From Minisyncoccota bacterium (GTDB lineage: Bacteria; Patescibacteriota; Minisyncoccia; Phycocordibacterales; UBA5272), in assembly GCA_041651055.1 (NCBI GenBank), contig JBAZJW010000003.1:18089-82088 (forward strand): a stretch of 64,000 nucleotides of DNA, in the 5' to 3' direction. Position 1 is the first letter of the stretch. Each line of letters opens with the position of its first letter. Below the pieces are notes generated by a model that was not told the origin of the DNA, ran no database searches, and saw nothing but the letters and a program-made list of their open reading frames with translations. Shown here one piece after another: positions 10,864 to 20,058 of the stretch. Both the position numbers and the translations under genes were made by a program.

Positions 10864-11075
10864 TTTATCTTAGTTAAGTTAACGTCATCTATTGAGACAA
10901 GTAATGAGATCCTATTTGATGAGTTCCATAACTTCCTCAACCAATCTCTCTGCCTAATAGCATCATCCAATGTAGGATACCAATTAGAATTTAAACGCCC
11001 ATCTAATGATATCCATTGAACACAGAAAGGTAGATTGCCTTTACCTTCTTCCACATTAAGTTCATATTTAGCCAT
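10860..11075 (-). CDS. hypothetical protein, paralog of 10039..10296
   Basis: see 10039..10296. Confidence 0.5.
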   Translation of the reverse strand: MAKYELNVEEGKGNLPFCVQWISLDGRLNSNWYPTLDDAIRQRDWLRKLWNSSNRISLLVSIDDVNLTKIK

Positions 11076-11077
11076 TT

Positions 11078-11344
11078 TTATCTATACATCTGTTCAAACA
11101 TTTCTTCATCAAGAAAACATTTTCCTTCAAGGAATATCTCTAAATTATCTCTTAATTGCTTAACTGCATCTAGTCTATCAATAGGTTTACCACAGCAATT
11201 ACACACCACTTCATTCATACTGCATTCATCACATATTGTTTGTCTGATGTGTCCTTTTGATTTACTATTACACATACTGCAAACAAATTCATGTGATGTA
11301 CTGAATCTTGCACCAACACATCCGCATTCTAGTGTAAATTCCAT
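11078..11344 (-). CDS. Cys-rich zinc-finger protein
   Basis: CGC...CSMC...CDEC...CNCCG clusters. Confidence 0.4.
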   Translation of the reverse strand: MEFTLECGCVGARFSTSHEFVCSMCNSKSKGHIRQTICDECSMNEVVCNCCGKPIDRLDAVKQLRDNLEIFLEGKCFLDEEMFEQMYR

Positions 11345-11364
11345 CTTGTGTTTTTAATTGATTA

Positions 11365-11574
11365 TTATTTCCATTTATGTAAACCACACAATAGTTCAGT
11401 AAAGGAGCCTTCTTTGAATATCCACATAACTGCCTTAACACTGAATAATTCACCATCAATCATAATTGAATCACCAATTCTTGGAATATCGTTCAATGAA
11501 TGTTCCTCTGGTTCTCTAAGTCCTTCTGGATAGAATGCAAACGTAACTTTCATCTTATAATTCAACATGATCAT
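11365..11574 (-). CDS. hypothetical protein
   Basis: ORF in array. Confidence 0.3.
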   Translation of the reverse strand: MIMLNYKMKVTFAFYPEGLREPEEHSLNDIPRIGDSIMIDGELFSVKAVMWIFKEGSFTELLCGLHKWK

Positions 11575-11776
11575 CTATTTGGTCGGGTATGTTGTCCTCA
11601 ACTGAGTCCTCATGTATGTAGCTTCTTAGATTGGCTCGTTGTTGTAGGATAGCATGGCACATAGGACATTCGCCATTTGGTGGAATGGTCCTATTGTGTA
11701 TGTAACACATGTTCTTATATGCCATGCTTTCTCCTCTTATATCTTTCCTTCTTTCTTGGCAGTGCACAATGGACAA
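11555..11776 (-). CDS. zinc-ribbon protein (start possibly at internal Met)
   Basis: CYIH...ECPMCH; an additional 46-codon zinc-ribbon ORF (MPVTQPRKALCKECGEE...CPLCTAKK) lies at ~11737..11877 (-). Confidence 0.3.
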   Translation of the reverse strand: MSIVHCQERRKDIRGESMAYKNMCYIHNRTIPPNGECPMCHAILQQRANLRSYIHEDSVEDNIPDQIDDHVEL

Positions 11777-12071
11777 AGCTGCTCTACTTCATATCTGCTC
11801 TTCTTCCCTTTGTTCTTAAAGGTCATCTCCTCTCCACACTCCTTACAGAGTGCTTTCCTTGGTTGAGTCACTGGCATTTTAATGGTTTAATATTTTTAAT
11901 GATTTAATATTAACCCAGGAATGCCTTCCTTCATTGATACAAGGCTTCTTAGTCCTGGACCTATAATACTTCTTTGCTCCGCACTTAGTACAAATAAGTA
12001 CAATATTATTATTTGACATTTGTGTTACAGATTTAATTAGGAATGATAGTATATATACTGTTGGTTTGTTA

Positions 12072-12308
12072 TTAGTATATTCCTTTCGCTCTTCTTCGAT
12101 CTCTCTCTATTCTATGGACAACTGCAAATTTAGCATTTAACTTCTCAAGCTCTCTTTCCAGCCTTAATTTGTATGTTATAAGCCCAAGGTCGGAGCAGTG
12201 TTCAAGTATCATATTGTATTCACGAGTTAACCTGGATATATCTTCCCCTGGTACAGTATGAGATCCTTCGCATCCATACTCATCTATATAATCATTTGTG
12301 TCTTTCAT
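12072..12308 (-). CDS. hypothetical protein
   Basis: ORF in array. Confidence 0.35.
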   Translation of the reverse strand: MKDTNDYIDEYGCEGSHTVPGEDISRLTREYNMILEHCSDLGLITYKLRLERELEKLNAKFAVVHRIERDRRRAKGIY

Positions 12309-12318
12309 TTTAAATCAA

Positions 12319-12807
12319 TTAGTATATTCCAAAGAACCCTTCCATGTTCCAATCCGTACCAATCCTTGGAATCTCATAAGAAACACTTTTGATGACCTCC
12401 CAGGAGACTTCCGGCTTGCAGGAGGAAGCATACATAGATAGGAAGTCGCTTATTTTAGTGGCATAGGCTTTGAAATGGTGAGGCACTCTCCGGTCATTGA
12501 ATATGAAGTAGGATTTCACCCCTGCCTTAGATGATTCAGTAAGGGCTGCTATCTGGTGTGGTTTGATGTTGGCCCAAGGGAAGTTGTCTTTCTTGCATGA
12601 CTTCAACTCAAGGAAATAGATATCTCCCCTGAATACGACCAGGTAATCACATGGCTGCTCAATGCAACAAAGCTTCTCAGACGCTCTTCTAAATGATTTA
12701 GTATCATATAAGCGGTGTTTATAGAATCCTTTTACCTTGGATGATAGCCTGATCAATTCTTGATTCACTTCTCGCTCAAACTCATAACCATGATTGTTAT
12801 TGACCAC
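12319..12807 (-). CDS. Hjc-like Holliday-junction resolvase / PD-(D/E)xK nuclease
   Basis: GYEFEREVNQEL...KGF...DYLVVFRGDIYFLELKS matches the Hjc pattern G..ER......GF....SG...D.I.....IE.KS (D...E.K catalytic triad). Confidence 0.5.
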   Translation of the reverse strand: MVNNNHGYEFEREVNQELIRLSSKVKGFYKHRLYDTKSFRRASEKLCCIEQPCDYLVVFRGDIYFLELKSCKKDNFPWANIKPHQIAALTESSKAGVKSYFIFNDRRVPHHFKAYATKISDFLSMYASSCKPEVSWEVIKSVSYEIPRIGTDWNMEGFFGIY

Positions 12808-12813
12808 TTTGAA

Positions 12814-13650
12814 TCAAATACCATTACATGATCCTCTGTAAGCGCAGTAAACACATAGCATATTCTCAGATTGGCATGGTAGAATCTCACCTGCCTTCAC
12901 TTTATCAAGCATCTCAACAGTCTTATCAAGATTCTCCATGAATAACCTTCTACCTTTCTCCTTATCAGAACCACTTATCTTAACGGAAACAGGCTTCTCA
13001 TCTCCAAAGAAAACAAGATACCAATCCCTATCAGATCCAAGACCATTATTAGACAACAACCACTCATATCCAGCAAGTTGAGTAATATAATCAGAAGACA
13101 CTTTCTTCTTACCAGTCTTCCAATCAACCTGCTTCAAATCATCAAAGTAGTCCAGTTGACCTGAAAAAGTATACCCCTTGTAGACAAAATAGAACCTCTT
13201 CTCAAGGATACCCTTAGAAAAGTCCATGGGGGTGTCATCAAGCCACATCCTTGCCTTAACTATGTGCTGTGTGGCCTTATCCCTTGCTTCCAGGAATACT
13301 GTTTCAGGTATTCCATCCGAATGTTCTTTAAGCAGTCCTTTTAAAGATCCATCCTCCACTTTTCCTTTAGTGAGCAATTGTTCTATCGCGGAATGAGCAG
13401 TAGTTCCTATCAGGCCCCTTATATGTTGAGGTGCTTTCTCTATCTTGAAATCAGTGGTATTAGACAGATAAGTGTACTGTAGTTTTCTACCACACTTACC
13501 AATTTCAGTAATGTGGATAAAGACTTCCGATCCAATTGACTCTGTGTTTGGTTGTTCATTCTTTTGTTCAATTGAACCTGTTTGTTCAATAGAATTTTCA
13601 GTCAATTCTTCAATAAGTTTTCCAATTGATTGTTTAGTTTCTTCTTCCAT
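12814..13650 (-). CDS. Cas4-like / RecB-family PD-(D/E)xK exonuclease with Fe-S cluster
   Basis: N-terminal Cys (EIGKCGRK), QLDYFDDLKQVDWKTGKK (D/ExK), QLAGY (QhxxY) and C-terminal C-x6-C-x2-C-x5-C (CQSENMLCVYCAYRGSC). Confidence 0.6.
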   Translation of the reverse strand: MEEETKQSIGKLIEELTENSIEQTGSIEQKNEQPNTESIGSEVFIHITEIGKCGRKLQYTYLSNTTDFKIEKAPQHIRGLIGTTAHSAIEQLLTKGKVEDGSLKGLLKEHSDGIPETVFLEARDKATQHIVKARMWLDDTPMDFSKGILEKRFYFVYKGYTFSGQLDYFDDLKQVDWKTGKKKVSSDYITQLAGYEWLLSNNGLGSDRDWYLVFFGDEKPVSVKISGSDKEKGRRLFMENLDKTVEMLDKVKAGEILPCQSENMLCVYCAYRGSCNGI

Positions 13651-13652
13651 TC

Positions 13653-14258
13653 TTATTCCTCAGATTCATCCAGTTGCTCTTCCGCTTTATTATTTGAAAA
13701 GAAGTCAGCTTCTTCCATTGCTTTCCTAATAGCAGAAGGTTCCTTGTTATCAGTATCGTCAATTATTTGATTTGTGAACTCTAGTATCTGTTCTTCCTTT
13801 GATTTAAGGAGCTTATTCTGACAGTTTTCTATTGCTTTCTTGAAGTATTCTTCCTCCGCATGTTCTGCCTCATTCCTTGCAGCCCTTAGAGATATGATCA
13901 AATTGGTTGTTTCCCTCTCTATCTCACGATATTCCTTCTTTAAGCTTGTTGAGTTGTTCTTTATCGATATTAATTTAGAGATGGCTGAGTCTATCTTATC
14001 TAATGACTCATCATTATATGTTATCTTTTTCCTCATTGACGAAGCATAGTCAATGAATTCTGACTGTATTACCTTCTTCCTGAACTCCATAGCCTTTGAG
14101 ATATCTCCATTGAATAAACGCACCGCGTTTTCTTCAAGGACCATTGACACAATCTCTCCTTTGTTCGGCAATTGGTTCAATGCTTCTATCATTTGTTGTG
14201 GTAGACTTATACTTGTCCCAATTCTCCTCATAGCTTCGTCTTTAACTATTTTCGGCAT
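13653..14258 (-). CDS. coiled-coil protein
   Basis: heptad-rich charged sequence; possible recombination partner of the adjacent nuclease. Confidence 0.4.
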   Translation of the reverse strand: MPKIVKDEAMRRIGTSISLPQQMIEALNQLPNKGEIVSMVLEENAVRLFNGDISKAMEFRKKVIQSEFIDYASSMRKKITYNDESLDKIDSAISKLISIKNNSTSLKKEYREIERETTNLIISLRAARNEAEHAEEEYFKKAIENCQNKLLKSKEEQILEFTNQIIDDTDNKEPSAIRKAMEEADFFSNNKAEEQLDESEE

Positions 14259-14290
14259 AATTATTCACCTATTCTATTTTTATTATTTGA

Positions 14291-14482
14291 TTACCACTCA
14301 ATGTCTCCTTTACTGAAAGATATTGCTGCAAAGATCATACATACAGAACACCAAATACTTACAATAATCCATTCATTTGCAAAGATGTGAAATATAGCTA
14401 GAAGAATACTAAAACTCCATAAACCAAGGAATATTATTCTATTTATTATTGTTGTTCTTTGATCTTTGACAATCTTTGGCAT
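14291..14482 (-). CDS. small membrane protein
   Basis: two TM helices. Confidence 0.3.
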   Translation of the reverse strand: MPKIVKDQRTTIINRIIFLGLWSFSILLAIFHIFANEWIIVSIWCSVCMIFAAISFSKGDIEW

Positions 14483-14601
14483 TTTCTTTTATCAATTAGT
14501 ATTCTAAGTCTTCAGATTCCTGATCCATTGCTTGTTCTGATTCAGGTAATTGAGAATCAAAGGACTTGTATAAAAGAGCTTCCTCAGCTTCCAGGTCAAT
14601 A

Positions 14602-14871
14602 TCAATGTTGGAGTATTAGGGGATCCACCATATATTCAATGACCATAACAGTACCCCCACAGCAGGTGCAATACTTGACCACGCGGGGATCACCAGATAG
14701 GACAGATACCTCTATCCAGCGTATGATGTTGGGCTCCAGGCAGTTGCATCTTTTTCCGAATTTATCCATTCTTTTAAGCTTGGAATAGATGGCGTTGTCT
14801 AATTTCTTCTTACAGTTTAGGAGTTTGTCTATGTCAGGAGCCTGCTCAATCAAAGAATCAATAAATTCCAT
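14602..14871 (-). CDS. Cys-rich small protein
   Basis: CNCLEP...CTCCGG. Confidence 0.35.
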   Translation of the reverse strand: MEFIDSLIEQAPDIDKLLNCKKKLDNAIYSKLKRMDKFGKRCNCLEPNIIRWIEVSVLSGDPRVVKYCTCCGGTVMVIEYMVDPLILQH

Positions 14872-14983
14872 TGTGTGTTTAATTTAATAATTATCAACTA
14901 CTTTTTGTCTTATTATTTATTAGATAACCAAGTATAAATACTGGAAATTGCTGGAGCTGGGCAGAAAATAGGAGGATTATTAA

Positions 14984-15048
14984 TTATAAATAATTAAAAA
15001 TAGAATTATTTTTTAAATCTAATAGGATTTTTAATTATTAATAAAAAA
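14984..15048. promoter_or_regulatory. copy 1 of ~65-bp AT-rich promoter-like repeat (second copy 48176..48243)
   Basis: TTATAAATAATTAAAAATAGAAT...CTAATAGGATT..TTAATTATT shared with 48176-48243 (23-nt identical core); on the - strand contains an archaeal TATA-like TTTATAA upstream of - strand gene starts. Confidence 0.5.
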
Positions 15049-15069
15049 TAAAACCTTCTATTTTCTTAG

Positions 15070-16236
15070 TTAAAAGGTGTATTTAGCTGATTGTACTCTT
15101 GGTTTTGCCACCACAACTCCATTAATATCCATGAGTAATTGTTCCTTGACTGCTAACTTGATCCAGAGTGAGTTGATTCGTGGTTTACTCATCTGATAGT
15201 ATTTCTCAAAGAAGAAAAATAAATCCTCTTTGGTCATGGGGTTGGGCTCATTCAATACTACTTGATACATGGCTTCCTTCTCAGGATCATCCCGCAGTAT
15301 CATCCTATTCTTGCATTCATCTCTCAATAGGGCTTTGAGTGTGTCGTCTACTATGATGTCAGGGAAAGTGCCATTGGCTGCAGCATAACCTACTGCGATC
15401 CTCTTATACAATGATTCTTCAAAGTGTGGGACTGCCATTGTTGTGTCTATGAGCTTCTCTACCTCTGAGACATCTATCTTATCAATCAATTTAGCCAGTT
15501 CATATAACTCAGCCACTTCAGCAGCCACTTCGTTCTTAACGCATTCAGAGATGGGGCGTTTCATCCTTGGGTCTCTGCCAGCTTTCTTCAATTGGATTGC
15601 TATTGTTGGAGTAGGGAATATGATTTGAATGACAAAACGCCTCAATAAACCTGATGCAGTGTCCATATTGGTTAAGCGTAGACCAGGCCATATAGTAGTT
15701 CCTATCATGGTCTCTGTGATTTCTCCAGAGCATAGATCTTTGGTTGCGGTGTCTCCGTCCAATGCTGATAGGAGATACACTTCTTCATTTGTTGAGATAG
15801 CGTTCTCGGCAAGGAGTTTGAGACGCATAAACTCGTCTGCTCCAACCATCCCTCTCTTGAATCTGCTGAAGACTCCCTTGGTTGTGATGAGTTCTCCGTC
15901 CTTGCCTGTCTTCTTGTTTGAGATGGTGCCAAGCCAGCATTCAGCTGAGAATGTGGAGCGGACTGAGACAGGGAATGTAGTGTTAGAGGAGAGGATTCCA
16001 TTGGGGCCAAGGTAGAAATTAATAGTTTGAGACTTGGTGAATCCAGAAGGAGCCATAATGCCTTCGTGTAATCGGTAATTCTCCCTGCGACCAGCGTGAT
16101 AATGGCGGTCAGTATCCAAGTTGGCAAGGTTGATAACATGGGATGCTATGGATGCACAGGCTCGCTCAGTAAGGAAGGGGAATTGGATCAAGCCCATGTT
16201 CTCGTTCTCCTGCTTAACGATTGATAATAAAGACAT
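15070..16236 (-). CDS. hypothetical protein (388 aa), possibly replication-associated
   Basis: large ORF in replication/recombination neighbourhood; no clear motif. Confidence 0.4.
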   Translation of the reverse strand: MSLLSIVKQENENMGLIQFPFLTERACASIASHVINLANLDTDRHYHAGRRENYRLHEGIMAPSGFTKSQTINFYLGPNGILSSNTTFPVSVRSTFSAECWLGTISNKKTGKDGELITTKGVFSRFKRGMVGADEFMRLKLLAENAISTNEEVYLLSALDGDTATKDLCSGEITETMIGTTIWPGLRLTNMDTASGLLRRFVIQIIFPTPTIAIQLKKAGRDPRMKRPISECVKNEVAAEVAELYELAKLIDKIDVSEVEKLIDTTMAVPHFEESLYKRIAVGYAAANGTFPDIIVDDTLKALLRDECKNRMILRDDPEKEAMYQVVLNEPNPMTKEDLFFFFEKYYQMSKPRINSLWIKLAVKEQLLMDINGVVVAKPRVQSAKYTF

Positions 16237-16237
16237 C

Positions 16238-16483
16238 TTAGCCGCCTCCCTGCTTATCTTCCATCATTGAATCATTGAGAAAGATCTTGTTTGTAGTGGT
16301 CTTCTGATAGATTATCTTGGAATTCCTTCTAATCAATAAGTCAGATATGTCCTGTCTAAGCTGTTGGATGTCCTCTGCGTTCCCTTTGAAGACCACTCCA
16401 TAGTTCACCAATAAAGGCATAATTGATGGAGTAGATTCTTTCTTGTCGGTTGATTCAGGTCTTTTCATTTTGTAGTTTATCAT
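16238..16483 (-). CDS. hypothetical protein
   Basis: ORF in array. Confidence 0.3.
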   Translation of the reverse strand: MINYKMKRPESTDKKESTPSIMPLLVNYGVVFKGNAEDIQQLRQDISDLLIRRNSKIIYQKTTTNKIFLNDSMMEDKQGGG

Positions 16484-16841
16484 TAGATTTGATTGGGACC
16501 ATTATATAGATACGTTTACCTCTCTTGCAGATATCATAAGGAAAGACACCATGCTTCTTTAACACTAATATTCTGCTCACAATAGCCCTATGATCCATAT
16601 CATTTGAATCATAGAACGCTCTTCTCACAATGTGTTTGACTCCAAGAATCCTTAATCTATCATGTATGGTAGTGATTGATAAGACTTGGAATCCTTCTTC
16701 GAATAGGAATTCAACTGTTTCAAGGACCAATTCGGTGAATTGATCCAATGAAATAGTCTCCAATGAGGTCAAAGAAGAGAGGGGCTTCTTTGACTGTATC
16801 CTCAGTTGGGAGTGTTCCTTATACTTTGTCAACTGTTCCAT
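16455..16841 (-). CDS. hypothetical protein
   Basis: ORF in array. Confidence 0.3.
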   Translation of the reverse strand: MEQLTKYKEHSQLRIQSKKPLSSLTSLETISLDQFTELVLETVEFLFEEGFQVLSITTIHDRLRILGVKHIVRRAFYDSNDMDHRAIVSRILVLKKHGVFPYDICKRGKRIYIMVPIKSNDKLQNEKT

Positions 16842-17799
16842 TTGTCTTTCCTTCTGCTATGGCTTTGGAATTGTTTATCCTGTGCTCCTCATTCATGTTC
16901 AATACGAAGTCGTCCCTTATCTGGGAGTAGAGACCGACAAATTCTGTTGTAGATTTATCATTGCCTGTTCCTGGAGTGGTCTTTGATATTGTGTATTTGC
17001 GCCCTTCCAGTTCAGGGCTGCCTCTTGTCTTCTCCAATAGGGCGATTCGTTTGATGGTCCCGTACTCGTCTATTCTTTTGATGATGAAGCGGTAGCTAAT
17101 GTAATCTGGGAAGGTCTTGTACCAGATAGGGACATCTTCTTTCACTATCTCCCTCTTCTCATTTACCTTGTCTTCAGTGTGTGTAGTAACGATCATATCT
17201 AGTCCATTGTCACGGGCATAGAAGTATATGAGTTCAAAGGCTTCGATTATGTAATCGTTACGGAGATTCCAATCTTCTGCACTCACTTTAATAGTGTCGT
17301 CTTCCTTCTTGCCGAAGTATTTGATCTTTTCCAATGGGATGTTCTTGGCTTGGAGCATCATCTTGAAAGAGCGTTGTTTGAGACGGTCAACTCCTTCGAA
17401 GGCCAGGAGACCGAATTGGCCTTTGTTTACTTCAAGTGTCTTCTTGACTGCGGACATTCCTATCTTCAAGCCTCTGCGATAATCGTCTCCGCAGGTGGTT
17501 CCTGAGACCACTATGAATCTATCGCGCAAGTGTGGATAGTGTGTTGAGATGATTTTGTTGATGCTTCCATCCATGTCAAATACGAGACACTTTTTGTCTT
17601 TGGGAAGATTGGAGGCAAAGTCACATATGATGCTGCTCTTACAGGTGGAGTCTTTGCCGCACAATGCTATCACATTGGGGTCCATCACTGTGAAGGCTTC
17701 ATCTATCTCGGCTTCTGAGATGTCATTTACTATTTCATCTTTTTTCTTGGTTCCATTCCAGGAACTTATATCAAATGTTTTACCTGCCATTTTGTTCAC
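16819..17799 (-). CDS. PP-loop (PAPS-reductase-like) ATP pyrophosphatase family protein
   Basis: VIALCGKDSTCKSSIICDFA resembles the hhhhSGGKDS PP-loop of PAPS reductase/phage DUF3440 proteins, followed by LVFDMDGS. Confidence 0.35.
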   Translation of the reverse strand: MNKMAGKTFDISSWNGTKKKDEIVNDISEAEIDEAFTVMDPNVIALCGKDSTCKSSIICDFASNLPKDKKCLVFDMDGSINKIISTHYPHLRDRFIVVSGTTCGDDYRRGLKIGMSAVKKTLEVNKGQFGLLAFEGVDRLKQRSFKMMLQAKNIPLEKIKYFGKKEDDTIKVSAEDWNLRNDYIIEAFELIYFYARDNGLDMIVTTHTEDKVNEKREIVKEDVPIWYKTFPDYISYRFIIKRIDEYGTIKRIALLEKTRGSPELEGRKYTISKTTPGTGNDKSTTEFVGLYSQIRDDFVLNMNEEHRINNSKAIAEGKTNGTVDKV

Positions 17800-17973
17800 A
17801 TACTTTCACTTACGTCTTTAGCTATTGCCATCATGTCTATCATAACTGCTTTCATTCCATCCATAAATTCCTTATATTCTGTTGGATTGGTCTTTCTCAG
17901 TATCACTAATTTCTCAAGGAAATCAGTATTGCTCATATCAATGCTTGCCATTTTCTTTAATTACAAATTATCT

Positions 17974-18162
17974 TTAGTTTTTTGATTGATGTTCCACTCT
18001 TATATAATATTTGGATAAGGAGTGATGCTTTAGACAATTCTTACAGGTGCAGCGATCATACTTATAGGTTAATTTGGATTTGGTATCATCTTCCAAATCA
18101 AGTCCGCATAAGGTTTCCTGCTTGTCTGAATTGTATAAGTGGATACGAAAAGGTCTTGGCAT
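17974..18162 (-). CDS. small zinc-binding protein
   Basis: CGLD...CTCKNC. Confidence 0.3.
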   Translation of the reverse strand: MPRPFRIHLYNSDKQETLCGLDLEDDTKSKLTYKYDRCTCKNCLKHHSLSKYYIRVEHQSKN

Positions 18163-18235
18163 CTTGCTCTCCTTTTAATTGATAAGAAAAACATTGGAGA
18201 AGCGGAAGTTGTCTTCTCCAATGAGGGGGAATTGC

Positions 18236-18997
18236 TTAGATAACTGCTCGCGCATTTATCTGAGTTTTTCCGCCCTTGTCCTGGTTCACATATCCGAAGA
18301 CAGTGATCTTCTTTCCTTTTGCCGTCTTGTCTGTCTCAGGTCCGTTCACATATACTGTGACTGGGATCCCTTTTATGGAGACAAGTTCAAGTCCGTGTCC
18401 GCCATCATACTTGAAGACCCTTCCAACTATGCCAGTGAAGAACTCGCTCTTCTTCATGTAGTTGTCGGCTTCAGATATGTTGTGGACTCCTATCTTCTGG
18501 ACCAGCTGCTCGGTTGTCGGGAACGTGGCGGTGGACGCTTTGATTATGTCCTTGCCTTCTCCCAGCACTCGCAGCTTGGGCAGTTGATCACCGTTGCCTG
18601 CTACCAGCTTGGCTTTGCAGTCATACAGTTCTCCTTCAGATACTCCGTCCAATAGGGCTATGCGGTCATTGTAGAAGGATGCATCGTATAATACATCCTT
18701 TTCCAGTTTGCCGTCCACTCCTACAAAGGCATATACGCGGGCCACTGTGTAGGGCTCTTTGCCTTCTTTGGTTGGCTTCACAACTTGGGGGTCGCTTATT
18801 GATAGGACCCTCATTGTGATCTCTGCCACTCGTCCTCCGAATAGGTTTGCATTCTCTGACTTCCATAGACAGAATGCAGTCTCTTCGTCATATCCCTTTG
18901 TTACCATTTCAGCTATTGCTTTTTCAATATCAGCCAATGGTACCCCAGTTGTTGTTGAGGCTATTATTGCCTCCTTCTCTATGTTTTTGTCTTGCAT
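18236..18997 (-). CDS. putative OB-fold ssDNA-binding protein
   Basis: beta-rich segments (RVLSISDPQVV...YTVARVYAFVGVDG; KITVFGYVNQDKGGKTQINARAV) compatible with RPA/SSB OB folds; position in replication module. Confidence 0.3.
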   Translation of the reverse strand: MQDKNIEKEAIIASTTTGVPLADIEKAIAEMVTKGYDEETAFCLWKSENANLFGGRVAEITMRVLSISDPQVVKPTKEGKEPYTVARVYAFVGVDGKLEKDVLYDASFYNDRIALLDGVSEGELYDCKAKLVAGNGDQLPKLRVLGEGKDIIKASTATFPTTEQLVQKIGVHNISEADNYMKKSEFFTGIVGRVFKYDGGHGLELVSIKGIPVTVYVNGPETDKTAKGKKITVFGYVNQDKGGKTQINARAVI

Positions 18998-19035
18998 TTT
19001 CTTTTGTTCTACCTCACTCCCTCATGGGGAATGGG

Positions 19036-19371
19036 CTAATCTTTGGGATTAGTGTGAGTTTTATCTTCAGTTCTCTTTGATACTTCTTCTCTTGAGACTT
19101 GGAATAAAGGAATTCTGTTGTCGCATACAGGACAATATACACATGCTTCTTTGATCTTGTACTTGGTGTATTCCAGAGTCTCTTTGTCTATTACGCTTCT
19201 GATGTATGTAGTGATGCCAAGCCAGTTTTTAATCTCTTTTTTCTTGTATGTTGTATTTGCATCAGTCATCTCTTCTTTCTCTCTTTCTTTGTACATCAGG
19301 TCTTCTTTTGAGTAACTTGACACAAACCTACATTGAGGACAAGTTATATATCTTTCTCTTGTGTTTGCCAT
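19036..19371 (-). CDS. zinc-ribbon protein (start trimmed to internal Met)
   Basis: CPQCR...CVYCPVCD; the longer ORF overlaps the upstream gene. Confidence 0.35.
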   Translation of the reverse strand: MANTRERYITCPQCRFVSSYSKEDLMYKEREKEEMTDANTTYKKKEIKNWLGITTYIRSVIDKETLEYTKYKIKEACVYCPVCDNRIPLFQVSREEVSKRTEDKTHTNPKD

Positions 19372-19381
19372 TTTCAGTTGA

Positions 19382-19693
19382 TTATCGATGTTGTCTTTTG
19401 ATTGCGAATACTTGTCTTGTATAAGCAAGATATACCTTAGTGTTATTTTCTTCAATTACATGTGCGTGTTCAGTTCCCAATGCCACATGATTTCCTTTGT
19501 GTCCATGATCCATTGTGCAGTGATATGCTTTGTAAATTGATTGGTCTGATTCAAAGGCGAATTCAGTTGGAATATGTATGTAGTGGTCTTTGTCAACTAA
19601 TCGTTTTCCACAAGGAGTTGGACTTATCTCCACATCTGAGACAAGTTGACCAACCTTTAAGTAGTTCTGCCAGGGCGTGTCTTTAGCTTTCAT
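19382..19693 (-). CDS. hypothetical protein
   Basis: ORF in array; His-rich HCTMDHGHKGNH. Confidence 0.35.
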   Translation of the reverse strand: MKAKDTPWQNYLKVGQLVSDVEISPTPCGKRLVDKDHYIHIPTEFAFESDQSIYKAYHCTMDHGHKGNHVALGTEHAHVIEENNTKVYLAYTRQVFAIKRQHR

Positions 19694-19899
19694 TCTTTGA
19701 TTTCTTTATCATGTATCTCTTTGACAATGGATTCAATCATAGTTATCAGTGTTTCCTTTCTTGTCTCATTTATAACACTATCCTTTATCACAGAGTATAC
19801 AATGGATAGAACAAAGGAGTCATTGATGTCTTCATCTATTCCTTTGTATTCTGCTTTGTCCATGAATTCCCTTACCATTGAACCAATCGTAGTTGTCAT
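19690..19899 (-). CDS. hypothetical protein
   Basis: ORF in array. Confidence 0.3.
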   Translation of the reverse strand: MTTTIGSMVREFMDKAEYKGIDEDINDSFVLSIVYSVIKDSVINETRKETLITMIESIVKEIHDKEIKE

Positions 19900-20058
19900 T
19901 TTATGTTTTTGAAACTGAGTCTATTAAATAGTGTATCCTCTTTGCAGCTTCTCTCTCTTCTTCTTTTGAATTGGAACATACTAATACATGATCTACAAGG
20001 CAGTTTAAGTCATCTAAATCCAATGTTATTTTGGTATCAATTATCTTTGGCATTTTAT

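Noticed and set aside
18179-18655. 158-aa + strand ORF
   Set aside because: Fully antisense to the longer - strand OB-fold protein gene, inside a uniformly - strand array.
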